DNA of 64,000 nucleotides from Rebecca billardiae RCC1528 (lineage: Eukaryota > Protista > Haptophyta): assembly GCA_965240325.2 (NCBI GenBank), contig OZ251253.1:310001-374000 (forward strand), written 5' to 3'. The notes under the pieces were generated by a model. That model made no database searches. It worked only from the letters and a program-made list of their open reading frames with translations, and had not been told where the DNA came from. The translations under genes and the position numbers were made by a program. Shown here piece after piece: positions 35,804-48,332 of the stretch (positions are counted from its first letter, which is position 1; the number at the start of each line of letters is the position of its first letter).

Positions 35804-38488
35804 ATGAAGCGCACCGGAGAGAGCGACGGCCGCACGCCCGTGTACAATCTGATGCGGATGTTGACGGGCTTCATGCGATCAGCTTCGGCTCCGTCGGCGC
35901 AGCGCGAGCTCGACCTCGGCGGCTCCAGCGCCGACGCTCGCGCTGACGATGCCACCGAGTTGCCGGCGCCGAGCCCGCCCGAGGCGGATGGCGCGAACAA
36001 GAGGGCCAGGCACTCGATGGTGCTCGACTCACGTGACACCGGGCCCGATGGGTCCACTCCATCCCACGTGGATGGCGCGTTGCCCGTCGCGCAGGCTGCT
36101 GCTGCCCTGCGCTGCGACCAGGAGGAGGACGGCGATGACGATGACGCGGAGACGGTGGTCGGAGGCGGGGATGAGCGCGAGGAGCCCGCCGGCATGGGCG
36201 ATGCTTCGCCTTCTGTGTTCCTTGGCGTGCACTACGAGGCAGAGATGGGGCGGTGGCGTGCAAGCGTATGCCACAACGGCAGCCAATACTACGCGCCCGG
36301 AGGCCTGGCAACTGCCGCCGAGGCGGCGCGCGCGTATGACGCGCTCGTGCGCAAGAAGCGCCTCGTGGGCGTGAAGCGGCTCAACTTCCCTTCACCACAC
36401 GAGTACGAGCTCGAGCTGCAGGCCAGCCGCGCCGCGCAGGCCTCGAGCCACGGCTTTGTGGGGATTACCTGCAATTCCAGCCGCCAGACGGGTCCACGAC
36501 CATGGCAGGGAGTTGTCTGTCACAATGGGAAACAGCTTTATGCCGGCAGCCATGCCACGGCGGAGGAGGCCGCGCACGCGTACGATGCACTCGTGCGCAA
36601 GAAGGGCCTGGTGGGCACCAAGCGGCTCAACTTCCCCACGGCTGACGAGCACGACCTCAACGAGCGCTGCACGGTGAACCACAACAGGTGCACCATCACG
36701 GCCGTGCACAGACCAGCAGCAGCGGAGCCCGCCATCGAGCAGCCGCCGCCTTTACGCCGCCCCTCTGCACGCGTGGCTGAGCAGGGGCCCGCTGCTGCTG
36801 CCGGTGCTGCATTGCCATCTGCCTTGCACCAGCAGCTCGCCACGCCGCCCTCCATCGAGCACCCTGCGCCCGCCAGCGCTGGCCTCAGCTCGGCCGCAGG
36901 TGCACACGCAGAGGCGGCTGCTTCTGCGCCTGCGGACACGCTGGCCGGCACACCCGGCGAGAGCGGTGCTGAGCCGCCGCCGCGCCTCGCGACGCTCGAG
37001 GCCAGCGTCGAGCGCCCGTGTGAGCACGTGGGTCACACCGGGCCGCCCGCTCGCAGCGGCGAGACTCCAGATGGGGCCTCGCCCTGCGGCCACGAGGAGG
37101 AGGACGGCGATGACGATGACGCGGAGACGGTGGTCGGAGATGGGGATGAGCGCGAGCAGCCCGCCGGCATGGACGACGTGTCGCCTTCCGACTTCGTTGG
37201 CGTGTGCTACGCTGCAAAGAGGGGGCGATGGGGTGCACAAGTGGTGCACAAGGGCGTCAAACACCACGCGCCCGGACGCCTGGCGACTGCCGCCGAGGCG
37301 GCGCGTGCGTACGACGCGCTCGTGCGTGAGAAGGGCCTCGTCGGCGTGAAGCGTCTCAACTTCCCGTCCTCGCACGAGCGCGAGCTCGAGCTGCAGGCCA
37401 GCCACGCCGCACATGCCTCGAGCCACGGCTTTGTGGGAGTTTCCTGTAGCTCAGGGTCTGGCACTCCACGACCGTGGCAGGGATTTGCCCGTCACAACGG
37501 GAAGCGACTTTGCACCGGCAGATATGCCACAGCGGAGGAGGCCGCGCGCGCGTTCGACGCGCTCGTGCGTGAGCTTCACCTGGTGGGCATCAGGCGGCTC
37601 AACTTCCCCACGCCGGACGAGCGCGACCTCAACGAGCGCTGCCCGGTGCGATCCAACAGGTGCACTATCACGGCCGTGCACAGACCAGCAGCAGCGGAGC
37701 CCGCCTCCGAGCAGCCGCCGCCTTCACGCCGCCCTTCTGCACTCGCGGCTGAGCAGGGCCCGGCCGCTGCCGTCGACGCCACACAGCCAGCTGCCTTGCA
37801 CCAGCAGCAGCCCGCCATGCCGCCCTCCGCCGAGCACCCGTCGCCCTCCAGCGCTGGCGTCGGCTCGGCAGCAGCTGCGCGCGCGGAGGCGGCTGCTTCT
37901 GCGCCCGCTGACACGGCGGCCGGCACAGCCGGTGAGAGCGGTGCTGAGCCGCCGCCGCTCCTCGCGACGCTCCAGACCAGCGCCGAGCACCCTTACCCAC
38001 ATGCCGCTCACATCGTGCCGCCCGCTCACAGCGGTGAGACCCCCGAGGCTGCTGCTGCGGTGCAGATGATCGTCGAGCTGAAGATGCAGCTGCACACGCG
38101 CACGTGTTTAGTCAAGCGGCTGCAGGCCGAGCTGCGCGGCGTGCGCGCGCGGCTGCAGGCGGCCGAGCACGTGGCGGAGCACGTGGCGGACCCTGCGCGC
38201 GTGCGCGTGCTGCGGCAGGTGCTGAGGGCCGAGGTGGCGGGCGCTGGCTCCAGGTGCGCTGGAGCTCGCCCATGCCGCGCCGCCCACGCATGCGCGCGCG
38301 GTGCGACTGTTGCGCCAGCCAGCAGCCCCGCACGCCCCACCAGCTCTCTCACTTGGTACTGACCCAGTCCACACCCCACCTCCCCTGACTGCCGGCGCAG
38401 CACTGACGCCGACGGGTCGGCATCGCGTGCGCAGGCGCAGCTCGAGTACACGCGCACGCTCGAGAGCCAGCTGCTGCGTCACGGATGA
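35804..38488 (+). CDS. AP2-domain array copy 1 (four AP2 domains + C-terminal coiled coil)
   Basis: Four F.GV...W.A...ATAxEAARAYD...RLNFP domains; intron 38254-38400 gives terminal exon STDADGSASRAQAQLEYTRTLESQLLRHG*. Confidence 0.88.
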
Positions 38489-39167
38489 GGCTCACTCACT
38501 CAGTCACAGCGTTGCTATATATACGTTATGCGCAGCAGTTTACAAAGCTCATATATTAGCGCGTCGGAAACTCGTCGCAGCTTCTGAGTCAGTAGTTGAT
38601 GTCCGGCGGACTCGGACGGACTCAGGGACTGCGAAGCTGAGGGCGAGGCGCATGCGCGGGCCCCGCCCCCGGGGCCGGGGCCGCGGTGCGGCCGGATGCC
38701 GGTGAGGTGGGCCGCCTGTCACCTGCTGCCGATGCTTTCACTTTCAGGAGACTCCCCGCGGTCCCAGTGGCCACGGGGGCTGACGGGGCGAGCCGCGTGA
38801 CTGTAAGGCTGCGGCAACATCGCGGATCTGACCGCCTGCGCGCGGTGCGCAGTATTAGCATCATCACAACGAGCTGAGACAATCATCTTATTATTATTGC
38901 TGTGCATCAGATCGGCGGCATGGTCTGAACAACCGTTGCTACTTTTGACGATGAACCCAGCAAGGTTGGATACGGCGAGGCGCAAGGGTCGCAAGGCTGC
39001 CCACCCATACGCTGCCGAGGTCAAGGTGCGCCCGGTGGTGAGTGACGCCATCAATGACCGGCATTGCAGACAATGAGCGGTGCGATTTGCTCTTGATGAA
39101 TCCCGGATCGCGGTTCAGTGCTTTCCGGATCGGCGGGACGTTCGCCGCGCTCTCCTCTCAGCACGCC

Positions 39168-40911
39168 ATGCAGCGCGCCGCAGAAAGCGACAGCCGCGCG
39201 CCCCCGTCCAGTCTGATGCGGATGGCGACGGCTGGGGCTCCTTCGGCGCCGCGCGAGCTCGACCCTGGCGGCTCCAACGCTGACGGTGCCGCGGACTTGC
39301 CGGCGCCAACCGTGCCCGAGGCTGCTGGTGCGAACAAGAAGGCCAGGCACTCGATGGAACTCGAGTCGCGTGGCGGCCGGACCAAAGGGGCCAGCGCGGT
39401 GCACGCGCTGCTCGCCGCGCAAGCTGCCCAGTGGGTGGCGTCTGGCACGACCGACGCACGGCCGCGTGATGGGGCCTCGCCCTGCAACCGTCAGACGGAC
39501 GGAGATGGCGATGCCGTGGAGACGGTGCTTGGAGGCGGGGATGAGCGCGCGCAGCCCGCCGGCATGGACGAAGTGTCGCGTTCGGACTTCTTGGGCGTGT
39601 ACTATAATGCAGCTGCGGGGTGGTGGTCTGCAATAGCCACTCACAAGCGCTGCAGATACCGCGCACCTGGACGCCAGGCGACTGCCGCCGAGGCTGCGCG
39701 CGCGTACGACGCGCTCGTGCGCAAGAAGGGCCTCGTTGGCGTGAAGCGTCTCAACTTCCCGTCCCCGCACGAGTACGAGCTCGAGCTGCAGGCCAGCCGC
39801 GCTGCGCAGGCCAGCCGTGCTGCGCAGGCCTCGAGCCACGGCTTTGTGGGGATTCGCTGTGATTCCAGCAGCAAGGCCGGTCCACGAACATGGCGAGGAT
39901 TTGTCTGTCACAACGGGGAGCAACTTTTCACCGGCACATATGCCACGGCGGAGGAGGCCGCGCACGCGAACGATGCACTCGTGCGCAAGAAGGGCCTGGT
40001 GGGCACCAAGCGGCTCAACTTCCCCACTCCGGACGAGCGCGACCTCAACGAGCGCTGCGTGACACGCAAATACACGAGCGTGGCCGCGCAGAGGCCAGCA
40101 GCAGCGGAGCCCGCCATCGAGCAGCCGCCGCCTTCACGCCGCCCCTCTGCACGCGCGGTGGAGCAAGGCCCAGCCGCTGCTGTCGATGCGGTGCAGCCAG
40201 CGCCCAAGCACGCGCAGCTCGCCATGCCGCCCCCCAGCGAGCACCAGGTGCCGGCCAGTGCTGGCCTCAGCTCGGCCGCAGGTGCACACGCGGAGGCGGC
40301 TGATTCTGCGCCTGCGGACACGCTGGCCGGCACAGCCGGCGAGAGCGGTGCTGAGCCGCCGCCGCTCCTCGCGACGCTCGTGACGAGCGTCGAGCACCCT
40401 TGCCCGCACGACGCTGTCAGCTGGCCGCCTGCTCGCAGCGGCGAGACTCCCGAGGCTGCCGCTGCGGTGGAGATGATCGTCGAGCTGAAGATGCAGCTGC
40501 ATGCGCGCGAGTGTTTAGTCGAGCGGCTGCAGGCCGAGCTGCGCGGCGTGCGCGCGCGGCTGCAGGCGACCGAGCGCGTGGTGGAGCACGTGGCGGACCC
40601 TGCGCGTGTGCGCGTGCTACGCCAGGTACTGAGCGCCGAGGTGGCGGGCGCTGGCTGCAGGTGCGCTGCAGCTCGCCCCATGCCGCGCCGCCCCACGCAT
40701 GCGCGCGCCGTGCGATTGTTGCACCAGCCAGCAGCCCAGCGTATTACACCAAGCTCCTCTCTCACTCTGTACAGTGTACTGACCCAGTCCACACCCCACC
40801 TCCCCTGGCTGCCGGTGCAGCAGCACCAACGTCGACGGGCTTGCATCTCGTGCGCACGCACAGCTCGAGTACACGCGCTCGCTCGAGAGCCAACTTCTGC
40901 GTCACGGATGA
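39168..40911 (+). CDS. AP2-domain array copy 2 (two AP2 domains + coiled coil)
   Basis: Same CAGCACGCC-ATG start context, two AP2 domains, intron from 40661 to 40820/40823, terminal LRHG*. Confidence 0.85.
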
Positions 40912-41327
40912 GTCTCGGTCAAGCGGCGGCACCCAGTCGGCCGACCACGTGTCATCGGAAGAGGCGGGCGACTAAGCTGCTTCGCATCGGCCCGGATGCG
41001 CGTCCGGGAGGCTCGCCAGACGAGGAGTCGCCGCTATTGATCAGCGCGCTGTGGTCTGACGTACTGCTATTTGTAGCCGTGGCGACGTAGCCAGCAAGGT
41101 ATTGGACGGTGGGGCGCAAGGCGGTTCGCGCGAGCGAGGCCACTGCACACACGTCAGTCATTGCTGTCCCGGTCGAGATTGCTCTATGGGGGTACCGGAT
41201 TCCCGGTGTACAGTGGCACCTGTATTCATGGCTTCATGCAAATCCGGAATTCCGAGACGGGCGCCTCCGGACACATTCATGGGCGCTGGCGCGCTGCGCT
41301 CGCCTCACGCCCGAGGCTCAGCACGCC

Positions 41328-43046
41328 ATGAAGCGCGCCGGAGAGAGTGGCAGCCACCCGCCCACGTCCAGTTGGGTGCGGGCGGTTACACCCCCGGCTT
41401 CGTTGGCACCGCGCGAGCTCGACCCCGGCGGCTCCAACGCTGACGGTGCCGCGGACTTGCCGGCGCCGAGCGTGCCCGAGGCTGAAGGCGCGAACAAGAG
41501 GGCCAGGCACTCGATGGGGCTCGAGTCGCGTGGCGGCCGGACCAAAGGGGCCAGCGCAGTGCACGCGCTGCTCGCCGTGCAAGCTGCCCAGCGGGTGGCG
41601 TCTGGCTCGACCGACGCACGGCCGCGTGATGGGGCCTCGCCCTGCAACCGTCAGACGGACGGAGATGGCGATGCCGTGGAGACGGTGCTTGGAGGCGGGG
41701 ATGAGTGCGGGCAGCCCGCCGGCATGGACGATGCGTCGCGTTCGGACTTCTTGGGCGTGTACTACCATGCAGCTGCGGGGCGGTGGTCTGCAATAGCCAC
41801 TCACAAGCGCCGCAGATACTGCGCACCTGGACGCCAGGCGACTGCCGCCGAGGCGGCGCGCGCGTACGACGCGCTCGTGCGCGAGAATGGCCTCGTCGGC
41901 GTGAAGCGTCTCAACTTCCCGTCCCCGCACGAGCGCGAGCTCGAGCTGCAGGCCAGCCGCGCTGCGCAGGCCTCGAGCCACGGCTTTGTGGGGATTCGCT
42001 GTAATTCCAGCAGCCACGCGGGTGCACGGCCGTGGAAAGGACTTGTCTGTCACAACGGGAGGCAGCTTCATGCCGGCAGCCATGCCACGGCGGAGGAGGC
42101 CGCGCACGCGTACGATGCACTCGTGCGCGAGTACCTCCTGGTGGGGACCAAGCGGCTCAACTTCCCCACGCCGGACGAGCGCGACCTCAACGAGCGCTGC
42201 GTGACACGCAAATACACGAGCGTGGCCGCGCACAGACCAGCAGCAGCGGAGCCCACCATCGAGCAGCCGCCGCCTTCACGCCGCCCCTCTGCACGCGCGG
42301 CGGAGCAAGGCCCAGCCGCTGCCGCTGTTGCAGTGCAGCCAGCGCCCAAGCACGCGCAGCTTGCCACGCCGCCCTCCACCGAGCACCCTGCGCCCTCCAG
42401 CGCTGGCCTCGGCTCGGCAGCAGGTGCGCGTGAGGAGGCGGGTGCGCCGCCTGTTCTCGCGGACACGCTGGCCGTCACAGCCGGTGAGAGCGGTGTTGAG
42501 CCGCCGCCGCTCCTCGCGACGCTCGTGACGAGCGTCGAGCACCCTTGCCCACACGTCGCTCCCAACGGGCCGCCCGCTCGCAGCGGCGAGACTCCCGAGG
42601 CTGCCGCTGCGGTTGAGACGATCGTCGAGCTGAAGATGCAGCTGCATGCGCGCAAGAGTTTAGTCGAGCGGCTGCAGGCCGAGCTGCGCGGCGTGCGCGC
42701 ACGGCTGCAGGCGGCCGAGCACGTGGCGGAGCACGTGGCTGACCCTGTGCGCGTGCGCGTGCTGCGGCAGGTGCTGAGCGCCGAGGCGGCGGGCGCTGGC
42801 TCCAGGTGCGCCGCAGCTCGCCCAGGCCGCGCCGCCCCACGCATGCGCGCGCGGTGCAACTGTTGCGCCAGCCAGCAGCCCAGCACGCTGCACAGCCTCT
42901 CTCACGTGGTCCTGACCCAGTCCGCACCCCACCCGTCCCCTGACTGCCGGCGCAGCAGCACTGACGCCGACGGGCCAGCATCGCGCGCACATGCGCAGCT
43001 CGTGTACACGCGCACGCTCGAGCACCAGCTTCTGCGTCACGGATGA
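41328..43046 (+). CDS. AP2-domain array copy 3
   Basis: Two AP2 domains + MQLHARKSLVERLQAELRGVRARLQ coiled coil; homologous intron is in frame and stop-free. Confidence 0.85.
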   Translation: MKRAGESGSHPPTSSWVRAVTPPASLAPRELDPGGSNADGAADLPAPSVPEAEGANKRARHSMGLESRGGRTKGASAVHALLAVQAAQRVASGSTDARPRDGASPCNRQTDGDGDAVETVLGGGDECGQPAGMDDASRSDFLGVYYHAAAGRWSAIATHKRRRYCAPGRQATAAEAARAYDALVRENGLVGVKRLNFPSPHERELELQASRAAQASSHGFVGIRCNSSSHAGARPWKGLVCHNGRQLHAGSHATAEEAAHAYDALVREYLLVGTKRLNFPTPDERDLNERCVTRKYTSVAAHRPAAAEPTIEQPPPSRRPSARAAEQGPAAAAVAVQPAPKHAQLATPPSTEHPAPSSAGLGSAAGAREEAGAPPVLADTLAVTAGESGVEPPPLLATLVTSVEHPCPHVAPNGPPARSGETPEAAAAVETIVELKMQLHARKSLVERLQAELRGVRARLQAAEHVAEHVADPVRVRVLRQVLSAEAAGAGSRCAAARPGRAAPRMRARCNCCASQQPSTLHSLSHVVLTQSAPHPSPDCRRSSTDADGPASRAHAQLVYTRTLEHQLLRHG

Positions 43047-43492
43047 GTCTTATCGAAGCTTAGCGGAAAAGTAGCTGCTGCGCATGCCGGCCCCGCCGTG
43101 ATTCCGGGAGGCTCGTCTGGCGAGGAGTCACTGCTGCTATATAGTATATTGATCCGTGGCGTCGGGTCTGGCGTACTGTACTACTGACACTATTGGTCAC
43201 GACCGCCTTGACGATGCCGAATATAGCGATGCGCTGTACGCCAGCAAGATGGTTCAGTCGCCAGGCCGACCTCGGGGCTGGCGGCTACCTGCGTCACTGC
43301 CAACAGTGCGACACTGGTGTTGCCTCATCAAAGCCGGATACAGCGCCCGACAGCGGTTCCGGAATCCTCCATTCTGGTTTGAGTGGTTTCTGGGTCAGTG
43401 CGTCCGGATTTCCGGGCGAACCGAAACCCGCACGGCCGCTGCGGTGGGACGGTCGGCGCGTCGCGGTCGCTGCGTTCTCCTCTCAGCACGCC

Positions 43493-45205
43493 ATGAAGCG
43501 CGCCGGAGAGAGCGACAGCCGCGCGCCCGCGTCCGGTCTGATGCGGATAGTGACGTTTCCGGCTCAGTTGGCGCCGCGCGAGCTCGACCCCAGCGGCTCC
43601 AACGCTGACGGTGCCGCGGACTTGCCGGCGCCAACCGTGCCCGAGGCTGCTGGCGCGAACAAGAGGGCCAGGCACTCAACGGTGCTCGAGTCGCGTGGCG
43701 GCCGGACCAAAGGGGCCAGCGCAGTGCATGCGCTGCTCGCCGCACGAGTTGCCCAGCGGATGGCGTCTGGCTCGACCGACGCCCGGCCGCCAGATGGGGC
43801 CTCGCAGACGGACGGAGATGGCGATGCCGTGGAGACGGTGGTTGGAGGTGGGGCTGGGCGCGGGCAGCCCGCCGGCATGGGCGATGCATCGCCGTCTGCG
43901 TTCAATGGCGTGTACTACGATGTAACGAATGGGCGGTGGCGTGCACGCGTAGCTCACAAGGGCGTCCGATACGCCGCGCCCGGATTTATTGCGACTGCCG
44001 CCGAGGCGGCACACGCGTACGACGCGCTCGTGCGCGAGAACGGCCTCGTCGGCGTGAAGCGTCTCAACTTCCCGTCCTCACACGAGCGCGAGCTCGAGCT
44101 GCGGGCCAGCCGCGCTGCGCAGGCCTCGAGCCACGGCTTTGTGGGGATTCGCTGTAATTCCAGCAGCCACGCGGGTGCACGGCCGTGGAAAGGACTTGTC
44201 TGTCACAACGGGAGGCAGCTTCATGCCGGCAGCCATGCCACGGCGGAGGAGGCCGCGCACGCGTACGATGCACTCGTGCGCAAGAAGGGCCTGGTGGGCA
44301 CCAAGCGGCTCAACTTTCCCACTCCGGACGAGCGCGACCTCAACGAGTGCTGCGTGACACGCAAATACACGAGCGTGGCCGCGCAGAGGCCAGCAGCAGC
44401 GGAGCCCTTCATCGAGCAGCCGCCGCCTTCACGCCGCCCCTCTGCACGCGCGGCGGAGCAAGGCCCAGCCGCTGCTGTCGATGCGGTGCAGCCAGCGCCC
44501 AAGCACGCACAGCTCGCCATGCCGCCCCCCCGCGAGCACCAGTTGCCGGCAAGTGCCGGCCTCAGCTCGGCAGCAGGTGCGCGTGCGGAGGCGGCTGCTT
44601 CTGCGCCTGCGGACACGCTGGCCGGCACACCCGGCGAGAGCGGTGCTGAGCTGCCGCCGCTCCTCGCGACGCTCGTGGCCAGCGTCGAGCACCCTTGCCC
44701 GCACGACGCTGTCAGCTGGCCGCCTGCTCGCAGCGGCGAGACTCCCGAAGCTGCCGCTGCTGTGGAGATGATCGTCGAGCTGAAGATGCAGCTGCATGCG
44801 CGCACGTGTTTAGTCAAGCGGCTGCAGGCCGAGCTGCGCGGCGTGCACGCGCGGCTGCAGGCGGCCGAGCGCGTGGCGGAGCACGTGACGGACCCTGCGC
44901 GCGTGCGCGTGCTGCGGCAGGTGCTGAGCGCCGAGGTGGCGGGCGCTGGCTCCAGGTGCGCTGCAGCTCGCCCAGGCCGCGCCGCCCCACGCATGCGCGC
45001 GCCGTGTGACTGTTGCGCAAGCCTGCAGCCCAGCGTATTACACCAAGCTCCTCTCTCACTCTGTACAGTGTACTGACCCAGTCCACACCCCACCTCCCCT
45101 GGCTGCCGGTGCAGCAGCACCAACGTCGACGGGCCTGCATCTCGTGCGCACGCACAGCTCGAGTACACGCGCTCGCTCGAGAGCCAACTTCTGCGTCACG
45201 GATGA
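43493..45205 (+). CDS. AP2-domain array copy 4
   Basis: Two AP2 domains + coiled coil + homologous intron and terminal exon. Confidence 0.85.
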
Positions 45206-45621
45206 GTCTCGGTCAAGCGGCGGCACCCAGTCGGCCGACCACGTGTCATCGGAAGAGGCGGGCGACTAAGCTGCTTCGCATCGGCCCGGATGCGCGTCCG
45301 GGAGGCTCGCCAGACGAGGAGTCGCCGCTATTGATCAGCGCGCTGTGGTCTGACGTACTGCTATTTGTAGCCGTGGCGACGTAGCCAGCAAGGTATTGGA
45401 CGGTGGGGCGCAAGGCGGTTCGCGCGAGCGAGGCCACTGCACACACGTCAGTCATTGCTGTCCCGGTCGAGATTGCTCTATGGGGGTACCGGATTCCCGG
45501 TGTACAGTGGCACCTGTATTCATGGCTTCATGCAAATCCGGAATTCCGAGACGGGCGCCTCCGGACACATTCATGGGCGCTGGCGCGCTGCGCTCGCCTC
45601 ACGCCCGAGGCTCAGCACGCC

Positions 45622-47342
45622 ATGAAGCGCGCCGGAGAGAGTGGCAGCCACCCGCCCACGTCCAGTTGGGTGCGGGCGGTTACACCCCCGGCTTCGTTGG
45701 CACCGCGCGAGCTCGACCCCGGCGGCTCCAACGCTGACGGTGCCGCGGACTTGCCGGCGCCGAGCGTGCCCGAGGCTGAAGGCGCGAACAAGAGGGCCAG
45801 GCACTCGATGGGGCTCGAGTCGCGTGGCGGCCGGACCAAAGGGGCCAGCGCAGTGCACGCGCTGCTCGCCGTGCAAGCTGCCCAGCGGGTGGCGTCTGGC
45901 TCGACCGACGCTCGGCCGCGTGATGGGGCCTTGCCCTGCGACCGTCAGACGGACGGAGATGGCGATGCCGTGGAGACGGTGCTTGGAGGCGGGGCTGAGC
46001 GCGAGCAGCCCGCCGGCATGGACGATTCATCACCTTCTGAGTTCATGGGCGTGCACTACGATGTAAAGGCGGCGCGGTGGTATGCAAAAGTACAGCACAA
46101 GGGCGACATCTTCTACGCGCCCGGAGGCCGGGCAACTGCCGCCGAGGCGGCACACGCGTACGACGCGCTCGTGCGCGAGAACGGCCTCGTCGGCGTGAAG
46201 CGGCTCAACTTCCCGTCCTCGCACGAGCGCGAGCTCGAGCTGCAGGCCGGTCGCGCCGCACAGGCCTCGAGCCACGGCTTTGTGGGGATTTCCTGTAATT
46301 CCAGCAGCCAGGCGGGTCCACGACCATGGCAGGGACTTGTCTGTCACAAGGGGAAGCGTGTACGTACCGGCGGCTACGCCACGGCGGAGGAGGCCGCGCG
46401 CGCGTACGACGCGGTCGTGCGTGAGCATTGCCTGGTGGGCATCAAGCGGCTCAACTTCCCCACGGCGGACGAGCGCGACCTCAACGAGCGCTGCCAGGTG
46501 CGATCCAACAGGTGCACCATCACGGCCGCGCACAGACCAGCAGCAGCGGAGCCCGCCTCCGAGCAGCCGCCGCCTTCACGCCGCCCTTCTGCACGCGCGG
46601 TGGAGCAAGGCCCAACCACTGCTGCGGTTGCGGTGCAGCCAGCTCCTGCGCACGCGCAGCTCGCCACGCCGCCCTCCACCGAGCACCCGGCGCCGGCCAG
46701 CGCTGGGCTCAGCTCGGCAGCAGGTGCGCGTGCGCAGGCGGGTGCACCGCCTGTGCCCGCGGACACGCTGGCCGACACACCCGGTGAGAGCGGTGCTGAG
46801 CCGCCGCCGCTCCTCGCAACGCTTGTGACCAGCGCCGAGCACCCTTGCCCACACGACTGCCACGCCGTGCTGCCCGCTCGCAGCAGCGAGACTCCCGAGG
46901 CTGCTGCTGCTGTGGAGGCGATCGTCGAGCTGAAGATGCAGCTGCATGCGTGCACGTGTTTAGTCGAGCGGCTGCAGGCCGAGCTGCGCGGCGTGCGCGC
47001 GCGGCTGCAGGCGACCGAGCGCGTGGCGGAGCACGTGGCGGACCCTGCGCGCGTGCGCGTGCTACGCCAGGTGCTGAGCGCCGAGGTGGCGGGCGCTGGC
47101 TCCAGGTGCGCTGCAGCTCGCCTATGCCGCGCCGCCCACGCATGCGCGCGCCGTGTGACTGTTGCGCCAGCGATCAGCCCAGCACGCTCCACCAGCTCTC
47201 TCTCACTTGGTGCTGAGCCAGTCCACACCCCACCCCCCCTGACTGCCTGCGCAGCAGAACCGACGCTGACGAACCGGCATCATGTGCTCAGGAGCAGCTC
47301 GAGTACACGCGCACGCTCGAGAGCCAGCTGCTGCGCGGATGA
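45622..47342 (+). CDS. AP2-domain array copy 5
   Basis: Two AP2 domains + coiled coil; terminal exon ...LEYTRTLESQLLRG* ends at 47342. Confidence 0.85.
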
Positions 47343-47579
47343 GCCATGAGGAATCAGCGAAGCTCATCAGCAAAGAAGCTAATGGCAATGCCGTGCTTCC
47401 GGGACGAGGCTCGGGCGAGGAGTCACTGACTACACTGCGGTTGATCAGCGGAGCTGTCTGAAGTACCTGCTGCCTTCTGTAGCAGACTCTTCTGTAGCCT
47501 TGATGGCGAGGAGGCTGCCGCCAGCAAGTGAATGAGCAGTAGGTTCGGAAAGTGCCAGGTGGAGGCTGCGGTGATGTGC

Positions 47580-48159
47580 GGAGCGTTGCGCCAGCTGGAC
47601 AAACGCGAAGGACCCAAGACCCAGGATCCTTGGACTTGTGGAGGGCCCCGGCGAGACCTGCACTCGGATCGGGGCCCTCTCCCGCTGTGCCGCTTGCGGC
47701 GCACGCCTGACCGGTGCGGCGGGCGACGTGTGCGCACGCCGTGCAGCTCGCGGCGCGTGCGCGTTGGCTAGATGGCACACGTCTCCCGACGCACACGTCG
47801 AATGACCGCAGCTGGGATGCCCTTTCGCGCCGCAAGGACGCTTGCGAGTCCGGTCGCGCGGCCGAGCGGCGTGGCCGTGCCGCCTGCACGCAGTGCGCCC
47901 ATGGACTTGGCTTCGCCGCGCGCGCTGAGGCTGGCGAGCGTCACGGCCGAATTCTACGACGCGTGCGACGCGCCATCTGCCTGCTTCCTTGCCTCCGACG
48001 CACGTTTTCTGCGGGCAGCGGCGACTCGCCCGCCCATGCCTGTGCGGCGGCGAGCCGCCATCCACCGCGCTTCGCCCTAAACAGAGCGCGGAACATTTCG
48101 TTTTGAAAAGCGCAGATCTGAAAAGGCCGAGGGCGTTTGTCCAGCTGGCGCAACGCCCC
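47580..48159. mobile_element. MITE-like non-autonomous TIR element (~580 bp) in the spacer between AP2 copies 5 and 6
   Basis: Perfect 24-bp inverted repeat GCGTTGCGCCAGCTGGACAAACGC at 47583-47606 and 48133-48156; its size accounts for the longer copy 5-6 period. Confidence 0.75.
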
Positions 48160-48332
48160 TGATGCCCGTTGCTCATCTCGGTTCGGTGCTGCTGCTGTCC
48201 GGATTCGGGATTTCCGCCAATAAATAATGCGGCCACAACCGGACGCAATCCGCATGGGCGCTTGAAGCGGACTGGGGCGGTCGGCGCGATCTCGGTCGCC
48301 GCCTTTCTCCTCGCGCCCGCCCTCAGCACGCC

